DNA of 64,000 nucleotides from Clostridia bacterium (lineage in GTDB: Bacteria; Bacillota; Clostridia; TANB77; CAG-508): positions 8,980 through 72,979 of the forward strand of contig JAAWPK010000001.1 of NCBI GenBank assembly GCA_022799935.1, in the 5' to 3' direction. This document shows, one piece after another, positions 21,609 to 33,400 of this stretch; positions within the stretch are counted from its first letter, which is position 1, and every line of letters begins with the position of its first letter. The notes beneath the pieces are model-generated. The model was not told the origin of the DNA. It did not search any database and saw only the letters and a list, made by a program, of their open reading frames with translations. The translations under genes and the position numbers were made by a program.

Positions 21609-24600
21609 TTACTCTTTTATTTTAGGTGTTAGTACAAATTTTTTGATTAATACTAAACCAGTTGCAAATACTATTAGTACTATTAATACTATACTTAAGT
21701 TTGACTGAGCTTCTTCTGCTATGCTTAATCCTGTTGGTGCATGGATACTTATTGTCTCTGATTTAGATGTTCCAAGTGTTTTGTATCCTATTCTATTTCC
21801 ATATCCATCCTCTAAGTTTTCTATCTCTTCTAATGTTCTTATTTGTGATGTTTCTGGATGTCCTACACCTGTTATGTCATATCCTTCCATTCTTATTGCT
21901 TTACCTGCATAGTTTTCAAGTTTTGAAATCTCAATTAAGTTAGAGTATTCATAATCGTTTGTATCTGTACTTGTTGTCTCTAAGACTTTAGATAATGTAA
22001 GTGTTGTTATATTTCTTTCATCTTTTAGTAAAGGTCTATATAATTCTGACCAATTATCTGTAGCATTATCATATTTTTCATTTTGTATACCTCTATAACA
22101 TTCTGATAAGTATGTTAGGTAATTATCGTATGTTTTTCCACCTTTTGCTCTAATTATTGTGTTATATTTATCCATTATTCCAGTATTACCTTTTCTTGTT
22201 GTATTAAAGCTATCTGTTGTTGTTAATTCCCAGTCAGGGTTTACTGCTTGTCCTTCTTTATTTACTTGTGTGAAGTTTAGAGCTGGATCAATGTAATCTA
22301 CGATATTTGCTGCTCTTGTTCTTACATCTATTCCTAAGTCATGTGCTGCATTTGCTACTCTGTAATGTTCTAATGTATCATGGTTTACAATTGGTTTTGT
22401 AATTCCATCTGCTTGTCTATCTTGTTCATAGTATACTAGTCCTTCTAGATTTTCTCTATGTCCATTATAGTATGCAAGTGCTATTGGTTTTACATCTCCA
22501 CTTGTTGGTTCTGTTTCATAGAAGTATGTTATTGTATTTGATTCACCTGTATTTGTTGTTGTTATTGTGTATGTTATCTCAAGTGTTGTACCATTTAATA
22601 ATTGCTCATCAAATAGTACTTCTAATAATCCATCTCTAAATGATTGGCTTCCTGTTGTTGGGATTACTATATTTTGATAAATTGCATCATTTTCATATCT
22701 ATTTACTGAACCATTTTCATTTAGGTAAACATCTAGTTGTTTTGTACCATCTTGTAAGTATAACTTAACATTTGATACATATTTATCTATTGTAAGGTCT
22801 GATTCTGCTCTTGGTGTTACACCAAAGTCTACTCCAGATATTTCATATCTATAGAAGTCTGAACCTTGGTTACCTTGTATCTCTTGTTTTGTATACTCTA
22901 TTTCAATGTTCATTGTAGATGTATAAGCTTCAATTTGGTCTGTATGTTTATCTGCTACTTTTTGTACATTTTCAACACCATTCCACTCATAGTTCCATGA
23001 CCAAGAGTTATTAACTTCTGCTCTTTCGTCTCCGTTTCTTATTGTATCTGAAGTTCCTGCTGTTCTAGCGTCTATTTGTCTTATTCTAGCATTTACTTCA
23101 TCATAAGCGTCTGAATATCTTTCAGTATTCTTATCTCCTACAACTCCTGGGTTTGATGAAGCTTCATATGTTGGATTATCTCTTTCTCCTGTATATTTTG
23201 CATACCAATATTTTACAAAATCAGTTTCTGGGTTTGCCTTAGTTGATTGATAGTATTGTCCATTTATTCCATAGTATGTTCCATATGCATTTGTATGGTC
23301 ATTGTTTGTTGTTGCTCTTATTCTATCATTTTGTTCATCATAGTATTCTGTTCCACCATTTGAACCATATATAAATCTTACTGTATAATTTCCTGCAATA
23401 TAATTCTTGAATTGGTAGTTACCTTCTCCATCTGTTACTGTTCTTGCTCTAACTACTTGTGCTCCATCTGGTGCTAGTTCTACAAGTTCTACTATTATTC
23501 CATTTACACCATTTGCTTCAATATATGTTAATAATTCATCATTATATAGGTTTGTAGATGTGTGAACTGTATCTGTTACAGCTTCCCAAACATTACCTTT
23601 CATTGTTCTATGATAATATCCATTTGGATCATCTGGATTACTGCTTCCATTTGGGTTATTTTCTAATTGCATTAGTACTCCCCAAGCATCATCTTGACGA
23701 ACTTCATTTAGTTTTTCTAGTGCTCTAACATATCTATCTTTGTCTTGTCTTCTATTTGCATAAGCTTCTGCATATTCTTTTCTAGCCACATCATAGTCAT
23801 GTACTATGAATGAACCTGGTTTAGAATCTGCATCTAGGAATCCTCCCTCTGATCCATCTTTTTCAAATGTCTTATATCCATTTATTTCTGCATAGTTAAA
23901 TGCTGATAGCATTACATTATTATTATCATCATCATTTGGATGATCTGGATTATGTAGGAAATCAAATAATATGTCTTTTGCTGCTTTTCCACCATCATAA
24001 GTAGATTTTATTTTAGCATCTTCTCCTGATTCTCCAAGTTTTATTGTTACATAGATGTCAACTACATCATTACTATTTCCTAGCATTGGTTCTTGTCCAT
24101 CTTTAAATGTTACATATAAATCTTGATATTTGCCGTCTGAACCATTTAGTCCTATTTCAGATGCATTGATATATTTGCTTCCTCCTTCTACTCTTGCAGA
24201 ATCTGTTATATTTTGTCCATTTCTGTATACTTCTAATCCTGCAATTTCTCTTCCTGATGTTGTTCTATATCCATCTTTGTATCCAAATCTGTAATCAAAG
24301 TAATCTACAATCTCTGTAAGTTTTGTTAATGTCTCTGTTGTATTTTGTACTGTTATTTTATATTTTAAGTAAACTTCTATTGGTTTATCATCATAATGTG
24401 CTATTCCATCTGGATTTAAGCCTCCTGGATTATTTCCATTTCCATAGTAGTTATAATCTTCTTCATAAATATATTGTTTATATGTTCCAAGTTTTTCATC
24501 ATATTTATAAGTTGTATCATATCCATTTATAGATACTGTCATTTCACTAACATCTTTATGTAGTGTTAAGTCTGTCTTATCTCTTTCTATGATTCCTAAG

Positions 24601-27600
24601 TTTATATATTTATATGAATAAATATCATTTTCTTTATCATATTCCATTAGATCACAAGTCTTAGAGTATGAATATAATCCTCTTGTAGTGTCTAATTCTC
24701 TATCTAATGTTACTTTTCCTGCATAAGCATTTATTCTTGAGTCAAATACAAATTGTAGTTTGTTATATATCTCAGGATCTTTTAAGTTATTTCCATCTGT
24801 ATAGTAGTTTTTAACTACATTTCTATATACAGCTGCATAATCACTTATGTCTCTCATGTATCCGTGTTCTGCTAAGTATTTTCTCATTTCTTTTGAAACA
24901 TTTTCAAATACATCACTTATTTCAGCTGCTCTATATGCAATGTTGTAAACTCCTGTATTATCCATTGCAAAATATCTATTTTCAACTTCTCCAAATACAT
25001 ATTTTCCTACTTTATAGTTTGCTGGATATGATCCAATTTCACTATATATATGGTTTGTATATGTTCTTGTTTCTCTTGCTTCTTCATTTCCATTTAGCTC
25101 AGTTCCTCTTGAAGCCCATTTTTCCCTATCATTGTATTTACTTGTATCTAGTGCTGCATCTTCATATTCTTGTCCATCATATACGAATTTAACTATATAG
25201 TTTCCTTCTGGTACTTCAAACTCATAGTAACCATTTACATCTGTAAGTGTTGGGTTTGTAGAACCACTTGATACTTCTGCAAGTGTTAAGTTTCCATTTT
25301 CGTCTATTGTATAAAGTCCAACTTCTATTCCTGATAACATTAAGTCTGAATATTCAGATTCACTTGCCTTTGTATAGTAACCATCTTTAAGTACTCCTGC
25401 ACTCTTTGTTGTTGCAAGTTCTTGCCATACATATCCTCCAAGTACTAAGTTGTCTGGTATTTTCTCTATTGCATCAAGTACTTTTATTAGAACTTCTGAG
25501 CCATTATCTACTATTGATGAATGTGTTTCATTTGATGTTGAGCTCTTTACTAATCTACCATTTTCATATGTTAGAGTAACTGTTACTTCTTCTGGTAATA
25601 ATACTGCTTTTTCTCCGACATATGTTTCACTAATAAATACTATTAGTTCTCCTGTATATGATCCATTTACTCCTAATTCTGTTTCTAATTCTTCACTATC
25701 AAATACAATTTGACCTTCTTTATTAGCTTTTCCTGCATATGATAGACGATGTTGTCCGTCTCTTATTATTTGTATAAAGAAGCTTACATCTTCAATTGTG
25801 AATGTTTCACCATTTGTTAATGTCTCTTTTACAATCTTAATATCTGGGAATTCCCATGTATTATTTATTGTTATCTTTATAGTTCCTCTATTATCTTGGT
25901 TTTTATATGTAAGTTCTGCATCTCCTTTAATTACTCTTGTACCATCTTTTTGGATATTTCCATTTACATAATTTATACATACATAAGTTACTCCACCTGG
26001 TTTATATCCATCTTTTGTACTTAATTCTTTAACTCTTACATATATTTCTCCAGTATATCCATTTTCTACATTAATTTTCTTAAGCATTTCAGGTGTTATT
26101 GCTAGTTCTCCGTCTTTACTTGTTTCAAATGTGAATGTTGATATTCTGTCTTTAGTTTTACCGTCTTTTATTTCTTTATTCATTATATCCATTGTGCTAT
26201 CATCAAAGTCTTCTCTTGCAATTGTAACTTCAAACTTAACTCCTGACATTGACATTCCTGTAGTCTTATCTACTTTTTGTATATAGATTGGTTCTAAGTC
26301 TTTTAGTACATTCTTAACAGCTATTGTTATATCTGTCTTATCATCAGATTCACCTACATCTAGTTTTATTCTAGAATTTTCATCTTTGTAGCTTGTTCCT
26401 CTGTAATATCCATTAGCATATGTTATATATACTGTTAATATACTATCATCTGGTACATAATCATTTGGTGTACGAACTTCTCTTATTTGTACTTCTAATG
26501 TTCCTGTATATCTTCCTAAGTCTCCAACTTTGTTTTCTGCTAAATATGTTATATCAAAATACCCATTTCCTTGAGTAGGTACTGTTGTCCAGTCTGCTCC
26601 AAATGCACTACCTATTCCATTTGGATTTATTCTTACTTGGAACTCAGCTCCATCTAAGTAATCTTGATAGTTTGAATCTCCATCTACTTTTCTTATTATT
26701 AGTCTATTATCAAAGCTATTCTTTACAACTACTGTAACTGATGGTGAGCTTCCTTGCCATCCTTGTCCATCTGCATAAGAAGTTGCATAAATTCCACCTT
26801 CTACTGCTGTTCCTGATACTGTCTGATCTGTAATTTGACCATTTGTAAATGTTATTGTTGCTGTTATTGTTCCATTAATTATAACATAATTATCTGGTGC
26901 TTTTAACTCTGTAATTTCAACTGTTAATGTTCCTGTCCATCTATTTAATGTTGTTATTTGTAATCCACTTAAATCTTCTGCTTTAAGTATAATTTCTCCT
27001 GCGTCATTTGTTCTGCGGTTTTCAAATGTTACTGTTCCACCATTACTTGCTGTGATTCTTCCACTAAATATTGCACCTTCTAATGCTGTTCCTGCAAAAT
27101 CTGTTTTCTTGATTATTATTTGTGGTGCTTGTTTTGGTGTATCATATCCAGAGATTAGTACATAGTATCCATTTGTAGTTTCAACTATTGCATCTTCTCC
27201 TGGTCCTTCACTTTCTGATGTGATAGTTGCAGTTCCTTCATTAAATTCAACTTCAAATGATCTTCCTGCAAACCATGGTTCATAAGTATCTGCAAATTGA
27301 CCTAAATCAACCTCTGTTATTGTTACTTTCATTTTACCTATCCAGCGACTTATAACATCTATGTGTAGATCTTTTTGTAACTCTTCTGAACCTATTGTAA
27401 TCATTCCACTGCCATCAGTAGTCTTTGTATATGTTGCACTTTGTGATGAGTATCCTCCACCATCTAATAGTTCTTGTGTTTCAATATTAAATGTGAATGT
27501 TACTCCTGCCATATTTTGTGTTACGCTTCCATTTCCATTTGCAAGCTCAGCAAATTTTGTGAATTTAAGTACATCTTCTTTTTTATTGTCATAAGCAGTT

Positions 27601-30476
27601 ATTGATATTAGTCCTTTTCCATTGCTTCCTTCTAAATCTGCTGTTTTTCCATTATTTATAGTGAATTGTAATTCACGGCTGTCATTATCATCTGGATCAT
27701 ATGGATTACCACATGTTATTTGTCCATCTTTAAATTCGAAATTGTGTAAGAATTTGTTATTATCCCACATCCACTTTAATACATCTGGATTTCCTGTATC
27801 TATCTCAGTAATCTCAAATTCCATCTTTCCTGTCCATCTGCGGATAACATCTATTCCTAATTCATCTTGTAATTCTTTTGCTGTTATATATAGTTTTCCT
27901 TGTCCATCTGTTGTTTTTGTAAATTCATGTTCGTCGTTTCTATATCCTCCACCATCTAGTAATTCTTCTATTGTTACTTTTATTTTTATTTGTACATTTG
28001 CAAGAGGACTTTCTCCTGTTCCTTGTTTTAAGTATTTTAATAGGTCTATAACTATTTCGTCTGGGTTATTGTATGCAATTATTGATAATAGGCTCCATGT
28101 CATGTTATTTTCACATGACTCTGTTTTTGCTCCATCTAATGCTGTTTCTGTAGAGTCTTTTATCTTATATTCTATTTCACGACTATCATTATCATCTGGG
28201 TCATAATGTACGCCTGATATCTTTCCTTTTTGCCAGTTCATGTATAAGTATTTTTCATTATCATTAGCCCATTTTAAGTAATTTGCTGGTACATTTTCCT
28301 CTGTAATTTCTATTACCATTTCTCCTGTTAATGTTGTATATATTGCTGCTAAATCATTTAAATGTACATATGTAGAACTGTATCTTTGATACATTGTCCA
28401 TACTGAGTACCAGAAGTCTACAACTAATGGAGAATTATAATGTGGTACATAGCAATCTTTATCTTGTTTTTCATCCATGCTCTTTAATATATGGTCTTTA
28501 GTACATGTGTTATTTATATAATCTTCTATTGCTTGATGTGCTTCTTGAATTCTTATTGCTGCTTGTTGTTTTTCAAAACAAGGTTCCATTGATCCACAAT
28601 AGTTGCAATACCATATATATTGTGGTCCCCAATAAGGATCCCATCCTACTTGTACTGGATATGAGCCAGCACTTGAATGTTGTAAGTCTTGTTGATATCT
28701 TCCATCTTCTGCAAGTTTTGCATATAGTTTTCCTCTTAGCTCATTTTTTAAGTCTTCATATATCTGATCTGGTAGTTCCCCTACTGGTCCTTGTTCTTTG
28801 TAGTTAAATAATTCTACTGCATTTTGTGCATCAAAATCTGCTTGCATTTTTGAATCTTTTTCTATTACTTCTTTAAATGTTACTGTATAATCTGGGTCTT
28901 CAGCAGTAGATGTAACACTTACGATTTTTGCTCCATCTACTGTAATTCCTAATGTTGCTCCTATAAGATCATCAAACATCTCATCTAATTTGTTGATCTC
29001 AATTATTGGTGGCTCTCCATCTGGAGGTGGTGGTGTTTTTGTTTTTGTAAATGTATTTTTAATTTTACATACATTACCTGTTACAGGAGATACTTCTGAT
29101 GTATATGATCCTTCTGGTGTTGAAGGCATAGTTGTTAACTCTGTAACTGTATATGTAATTGGTTTAGAAACTCCACTTGAGTCAGCATGATTTTTCTCTA
29201 AATCTGTTATTTTTAATTTCCAAACATCGTCTCCTGTTTTTGAAATTGTATGTGTCTCTGAATATACTGTTGTTCCATCTGGTGTTTTTCCTTCTACTAA
29301 TACTTGGATATCTACTCTAGAGCTACGATAATCAAAATCTGTTCCATAGTCTCCTATCCAACATTTTATTATTTCAAGGTCTGTAGTTCCACTAGGTGTT
29401 GCTGTAAATGTAACTTCATCTTCTTGTCTTTGCCATTTTCCACCAACTAAGAATCTACCTTGATCCTTTCCTACTGTTGGAGGTGTAAATATTGCTATAA
29501 CACCACGGTAAGATTTAAATGATGATTTAACATTTACTGTTGATATTTGGTTATCTTCTGTTATTGCTCCATTTATCCAGTTAACTGTCCAGTTTGTTCT
29601 ATCTAAGTTTTCAAGTTTTAATGATTCTGCTGCAGTTCCATTTATATGTACTCCACCTGTTCCTGTAACTTCACTTCCTTTTTGGTCTACCTTAATAGTT
29701 GCTGTTGTTCCATCTTGTGCTGTTACTGTTATTGTAATTTCTTGATCTGTACCAACTTTATCTTTAGAATATTTATGTTTATCTACTATTAATTTATCAA
29801 AATTAAATTTTACTTCATCTTTATTAGTTGCTTCTGCTGTTGTATCACTTGCTGATATAAATTTTCCATCATCTTCTATTTGGTCTACAAAGTCTGCATA
29901 TGCATTTGCGTCTGCTTCTGTATTTGATGCAGCTACTGTATGTCCTGCCCAAGAAGTAGTCCATCCAGTAACTCTTCCATTACAAAGGTCGTTCATTTTG
30001 CTATACCAACTATACCAGTGTCCATTCCATGTAAGTGGGCTAGCATTATATTCATCAGAATCTGTTGCCCAAGCAACATATGCTAAAAATGACCATTTTT
30101 TATTGTTTGCAGTTTCAGTTCCTCCTGAATAAGTTAATTCTGGTTTTTTATAACTTTTATAATCTGAATTTATATCTATTACACCATGCAATTTAACTGT
30201 TGTTGTGAAAGATTGTCCAGCATAATCAGCACATAGGAAATGTTTATATTTTAGTACACCATTTGTATAGTCATCTCTACCAAAAGCTCCATAATTTGGT
30301 GTTTTTCCTATGTTTCCCTTCATTTCACCAACAAGTCCAGGAACTGCTTCTCCTCCAGCTGCTACCCATGCTGATATATCATAAGCATGTACACTTGTAC
30401 TTGCTAAAAGTATTGTCATAAAAAGCATTATAAAGATTATTATTTTGCTTACTATACTTTTACTTTTTGTTTCCAT
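21609..30476 (-). CDS. Giant cell-surface protein (2955 aa): signal peptide, repeated Cna-B/SpaA-like and SdrD-B-like domains, C-terminal sorting-signal-like anchor
   Basis: Uninterrupted ORF with N-terminal signal peptide (...LLASTSVHAYD). Repeated modules include ...LLDGGGY...TKTTDG.G...I(R/S)RW(T/I)GKM...ITE(I/V)D.... SdrD-B-like segments include GGYVWQE...TDVNGYYEFEVPEGNYIVKF. C-terminus is HAPTGLS, then a hydrophobic stretch, then KKFVLTPKIKE. No in-frame CGG anywhere. Confidence 0.7.
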   Translation of the reverse strand: METKSKSIVSKIIIFIMLFMTILLASTSVHAYDISAWVAAGGEAVPGLVGEMKGNIGKTPNYGAFGRDDYTNGVLKYKHFLCADYAGQSFTTTVKLHGVIDINSDYKSYKKPELTYSGGTETANNKKWSFLAYVAWATDSDEYNASPLTWNGHWYSWYSKMNDLCNGRVTGWTTSWAGHTVAASNTEADANAYADFVDQIEDDGKFISASDTTAEATNKDEVKFNFDKLIVDKHKYSKDKVGTDQEITITVTAQDGTTATIKVDQKGSEVTGTGGVHINGTAAESLKLENLDRTNWTVNWINGAITEDNQISTVNVKSSFKSYRGVIAIFTPPTVGKDQGRFLVGGKWQRQEDEVTFTATPSGTTDLEIIKCWIGDYGTDFDYRSSRVDIQVLVEGKTPDGTTVYSETHTISKTGDDVWKLKITDLEKNHADSSGVSKPITYTVTELTTMPSTPEGSYTSEVSPVTGNVCKIKNTFTKTKTPPPPDGEPPIIEINKLDEMFDDLIGATLGITVDGAKIVSVTSTAEDPDYTVTFKEVIEKDSKMQADFDAQNAVELFNYKEQGPVGELPDQIYEDLKNELRGKLYAKLAEDGRYQQDLQHSSAGSYPVQVGWDPYWGPQYIWYCNYCGSMEPCFEKQQAAIRIQEAHQAIEDYINNTCTKDHILKSMDEKQDKDCYVPHYNSPLVVDFWYSVWTMYQRYSSTYVHLNDLAAIYTTLTGEMVIEITEENVPANYLKWANDNEKYLYMNWQKGKISGVHYDPDDNDSREIEYKIKDSTETALDGAKTESCENNMTWSLLSIIAYNNPDEIVIDLLKYLKQGTGESPLANVQIKIKVTIEELLDGGGYRNDEHEFTKTTDGQGKLYITAKELQDELGIDVIRRWTGKMEFEITEIDTGNPDVLKWMWDNNKFLHNFEFKDGQITCGNPYDPDDNDSRELQFTINNGKTADLEGSNGKGLISITAYDNKKEDVLKFTKFAELANGNGSVTQNMAGVTFTFNIETQELLDGGGYSSQSATYTKTTDGSGMITIGSEELQKDLHIDVISRWIGKMKVTITEVDLGQFADTYEPWFAGRSFEVEFNEGTATITSESEGPGEDAIVETTNGYYVLISGYDTPKQAPQIIIKKTDFAGTALEGAIFSGRITASNGGTVTFENRRTNDAGEIILKAEDLSGLQITTLNRWTGTLTVEITELKAPDNYVIINGTITATITFTNGQITDQTVSGTAVEGGIYATSYADGQGWQGSSPSVTVVVKNSFDNRLIIRKVDGDSNYQDYLDGAEFQVRINPNGIGSAFGADWTTVPTQGNGYFDITYLAENKVGDLGRYTGTLEVQIREVRTPNDYVPDDSILTVYITYANGYYRGTSYKDENSRIKLDVGESDDKTDITIAVKNVLKDLEPIYIQKVDKTTGMSMSGVKFEVTIAREDFDDSTMDIMNKEIKDGKTKDRISTFTFETSKDGELAITPEMLKKINVENGYTGEIYVRVKELSTKDGYKPGGVTYVCINYVNGNIQKDGTRVIKGDAELTYKNQDNRGTIKITINNTWEFPDIKIVKETLTNGETFTIEDVSFFIQIIRDGQHRLSYAGKANKEGQIVFDSEELETELGVNGSYTGELIVFISETYVGEKAVLLPEEVTVTLTYENGRLVKSSTSNETHSSIVDNGSEVLIKVLDAIEKIPDNLVLGGYVWQELATTKSAGVLKDGYYTKASESEYSDLMLSGIEVGLYTIDENGNLTLAEVSSGSTNPTLTDVNGYYEFEVPEGNYIVKFVYDGQEYEDAALDTSKYNDREKWASRGTELNGNEEARETRTYTNHIYSEIGSYPANYKVGKYVFGEVENRYFAMDNTGVYNIAYRAAEISDVFENVSKEMRKYLAEHGYMRDISDYAAVYRNVVKNYYTDGNNLKDPEIYNKLQFVFDSRINAYAGKVTLDRELDTTRGLYSYSKTCDLMEYDKENDIYSYKYINLGIIERDKTDLTLHKDVSEMTVSINGYDTTYKYDEKLGTYKQYIYEEDYNYYGNGNNPGGLNPDGIAHYDDKPIEVYLKYKITVQNTTETLTKLTEIVDYFDYRFGYKDGYRTTSGREIAGLEVYRNGQNITDSARVEGGSKYINASEIGLNGSDGKYQDLYVTFKDGQEPMLGNSNDVVDIYVTIKLGESGEDAKIKSTYDGGKAAKDILFDFLHNPDHPNDDDNNNVMLSAFNYAEINGYKTFEKDGSEGGFLDADSKPGSFIVHDYDVARKEYAEAYANRRQDKDRYVRALEKLNEVRQDDAWGVLMQLENNPNGSSNPDDPNGYYHRTMKGNVWEAVTDTVHTSTNLYNDELLTYIEANGVNGIIVELVELAPDGAQVVRARTVTDGEGNYQFKNYIAGNYTVRFIYGSNGGTEYYDEQNDRIRATTNNDHTNAYGTYYGINGQYYQSTKANPETDFVKYWYAKYTGERDNPTYEASSNPGVVGDKNTERYSDAYDEVNARIRQIDARTAGTSDTIRNGDERAEVNNSWSWNYEWNGVENVQKVADKHTDQIEAYTSTMNIEIEYTKQEIQGNQGSDFYRYEISGVDFGVTPRAESDLTIDKYVSNVKLYLQDGTKQLDVYLNENGSVNRYENDAIYQNIVIPTTGSQSFRDGLLEVLFDEQLLNGTTLEITYTITTTNTGESNTITYFYETEPTSGDVKPIALAYYNGHRENLEGLVYYEQDRQADGITKPIVNHDTLEHYRVANAAHDLGIDVRTRAANIVDYIDPALNFTQVNKEGQAVNPDWELTTTDSFNTTRKGNTGIMDKYNTIIRAKGGKTYDNYLTYLSECYRGIQNEKYDNATDNWSELYRPLLKDERNITTLTLSKVLETTSTDTNDYEYSNLIEISKLENYAGKAIRMEGYDITGVGHPETSQIRTLEEIENLEDGYGNRIGYKTLGTSKSETISIHAPTGLSIAEEAQSNLSIVLIVLIVFATGLVLIKKFVLTPKIKE

Positions 30477-30496
30477 TTCGTTTTACCTCCTTTCCT

Positions 30497-33400
30497 CTAT
30501 ATGTTCTTTATTAAGACTTTTTTCTTTATTAAATATATTCCAAGTCCTGCAATTGCAACAAGTCCTGCAATTCCTAGAACTATTAATGTATATGTTAATA
30601 CACCTGTCTTAATTGTTATGATTAAATCTGCACTACTTTGATCATCTTCTTTTTGTGCATTATTTCCTGGCTTTGAGTCTATATCTTCTAGTCCTAAACT
30701 GTTATAATGTGTAGAAATCTCTGCTGAGTTATTTACTGTTTCTGCTGCAGCTTCTTTTACTACTTTTGTAAGTACTAATGTAACTTCTTTTGTCTCTCCT
30801 GGATTTATTACTGTATTTGCAAGTTCTTCTGTGTAAATACTTCCATCTGTTCCTCTATACCATTCTGGGTTTATTTCTGGACTAAATGTTAGGTCTTTTG
30901 GTATATAATCTGCAATCTTTGTAGCTTTTCCTGGAACATCACCTTCATTTGTTACACTTATTTTATATTCTATTGTTAAGTTTGAACCAGCCATGTATTT
31001 TGATGGTATTTCTACTTTTGCAGTTTTATTGTTTTTAAATGTATATGTTTTTGTTCCTTGTTTATTTTGTACTATTACTGTATTTACAATCTTGTCTAAT
31101 TTTAAGTCAAATTTATTTGCTGTTATAAGTCCTAAATCTATGTGTTCCTCATTTGATTGTTTTATATTTATAATATCTGTTACAGCAACTTTTGTGTTTA
31201 TTCCATTTATTGTTACATTTCCGTTTATAGCATCAGAGTTATGTGTCTCTGGAACTCCATTTTTTTGATATGAAGTTGGCATATATAGATTTGTATCATA
31301 CATAAATACTACTATATATTCTCCTACACTTAAGTCACTGAATTTATATACTCCATTTGAATTTGTTTTTGCAGTTATTTCTTTTCCAGAGCTATCTTTT
31401 ACAAATTCATATTTTTGGTTATCCATAAGCATTACTGTCATTTCAGGTATTACATTTTCATCATTATCTCTTTTTCCATCAGCATTTGCATCATTCCAAA
31501 CTGTTCCTGATATTGCATATGTTTCTTTAACTGGTGGTTTTGGATCATCTGGATCTTCTGGGTCAACTGGTGGTTTTGGATCATCTGGTTCTTCTGGATC
31601 AACTGGTGGCTTTGGTTCTTCTGGATCTTCTGGGTCAACTGGTGGCTTTGGCTCTTCTGGTTCTTCTGGTTTTTCAGTTCCATGTTCAAAGTCTATTTTA
31701 TATGAAATTGTATCTGTATTAAATGTATCAAATGTATATCCTGATATAGTCATATAATTTGATAATAAATATTTTGTTGCTATATCTTCATCAACTATTA
31801 CTTTTATTTTTATTGTAATTTTTTCTCCTGGTTTTAAGACTAAATCTGTTATATTTACATTTTGATATGAAGTTTCTTTTGTTTCTTCTTTTCCATCTGG
31901 ATATATTATTGTATAGTCTTTTACTTTTAGTCCTGCCATTAACTTATCTTCTATTGTTAAGTTTCTTTCTTCTATACTTCCTGTATTTTCTACAACTAAT
32001 GTATATATTATTTCATCTCCGTGATTTGCCCATTCTCTATTTGAGCTTGCTGTAAATGTTGCTTTTACATTTGTTTTTACTTGATTTATAGTATTTGTAT
32101 ATGTATTTGATAAAGCTTTTTCATTTCCAACAGTTGCTTCTGCATATATACTTATCTCTTTCTCTTCAAGCTCTTTTGGTAACTCTTTTGTTGTTGTAAG
32201 AATATATATTTTTGAAGTTTTTCCTGCTTCTAGTGAATTTATTGTTATTTCTATTGTTTTTCCATTAACTTTTATTGAATTATATTCATTTACTTCACCA
32301 TATTCTGAATTTTCAGTATATTCTAAATCTTCTGGTAAAACCATTGTTAATTTTACATTTGATAATGTTTCATCTGTAATATTTGTTACCTGCATTGCTA
32401 TTGGCATTTTATCATTTGAATATATTGGTGTTTCTTCTGTTCTATTATATGTTACATCAAATTTAAGTTTTCCCTCTTCTATTTGGTTTACTAGAGCTAT
32501 TTCATTTAATTTATTACCATTTTGTTCTACTGCTATAGAACTCTTTAATGTAGAACCAGCTGTACCTTTATTTGGTATTACAGAATATTTATATTCGAAA
32601 ACTTCTCCTGGTTTTAATGTTACTCTTTCTTTTAATGTTTCATCTTCTAACTCTTTATATCCATGAAGGTCATTTCCATAAATATCTGGTCCTACTATAC
32701 CTTTTCCATAGAATGTTCCGTTTTCTTTGTATGCTACCATATCAAATGTCATTGTGTCTGTTTGAGACAGATTTCTTAATTGTACAGTATAATCTATATA
32801 TTCTCCTTCTTTAACTGTATCTGCATTTGTAATTTGTTCTCTTTTTGTTCCTGTTCTATTTATATATATTGATAATTCATCTTTATTGAATGTTGTATAA
32901 TCTGCTGGTTTTTGTTCTTCTTGTTTATCCTCTGGATTTATTACTGGTGCTTCTGCTTCTCCTTGTGATACTTCTACTTTCTCTGTTTTTACTCCAACTG
33001 TGCTTGCTTGTTCTTCTTTTTTTACATTTGTTACTTGGTCACTTTCAGCTTCTTTTTGTATTTCATTATAATATACTGCATATGTGCTGTATGTTCCAAG
33101 ATCTCCTTCTAGGTTTTCTGGTATTTGAACATTATATTCAAAAGACATTCTGTCTCCAAAGTTTACTGTTCTATCTCCTATTACTATTAAATATGATTTA
33201 ACTTTTGCTAAATCTAAAGATGTTACCCATCCATTGTTTTTATCTGAAAGATCTGTATTTGCATTTTCTGATTCTGAATAATATATTTTTATATCTTGTT
33301 TGCTTATTCCATATGTAGCATTTATTTCGCTTACCATATTTGCTGTAAATTTACTATTTAAGTCTTCTCCAGTTACTACTGATTTATTTCCAGCAAATGG

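Noticed and set aside
31529-31672. A possible CRISPR-like or regulatory repeat array.
   Set aside because: The 36 nt units are directly adjacent with no spacers and are in frame within the 1722 aa protein, encoding a Pro/Asp/Glu-rich linker. No CRISPR array or cas gene is present anywhere in the window.
31450-31722. Track ORFs 31450..31689 (-) and 31534..31722 (+), and the many Leu/Phe-rich antisense or off-frame ORFs throughout the track (for example 24893..25192, 32890..33201, 51319..51888, 59687..60247).
   Set aside because: They lie inside or antisense to long homology-supported genes, have low-complexity AT-biased composition, and lack ribosome-binding sites. They are artefacts of AT-rich sequence and of the 36 nt coding repeat.
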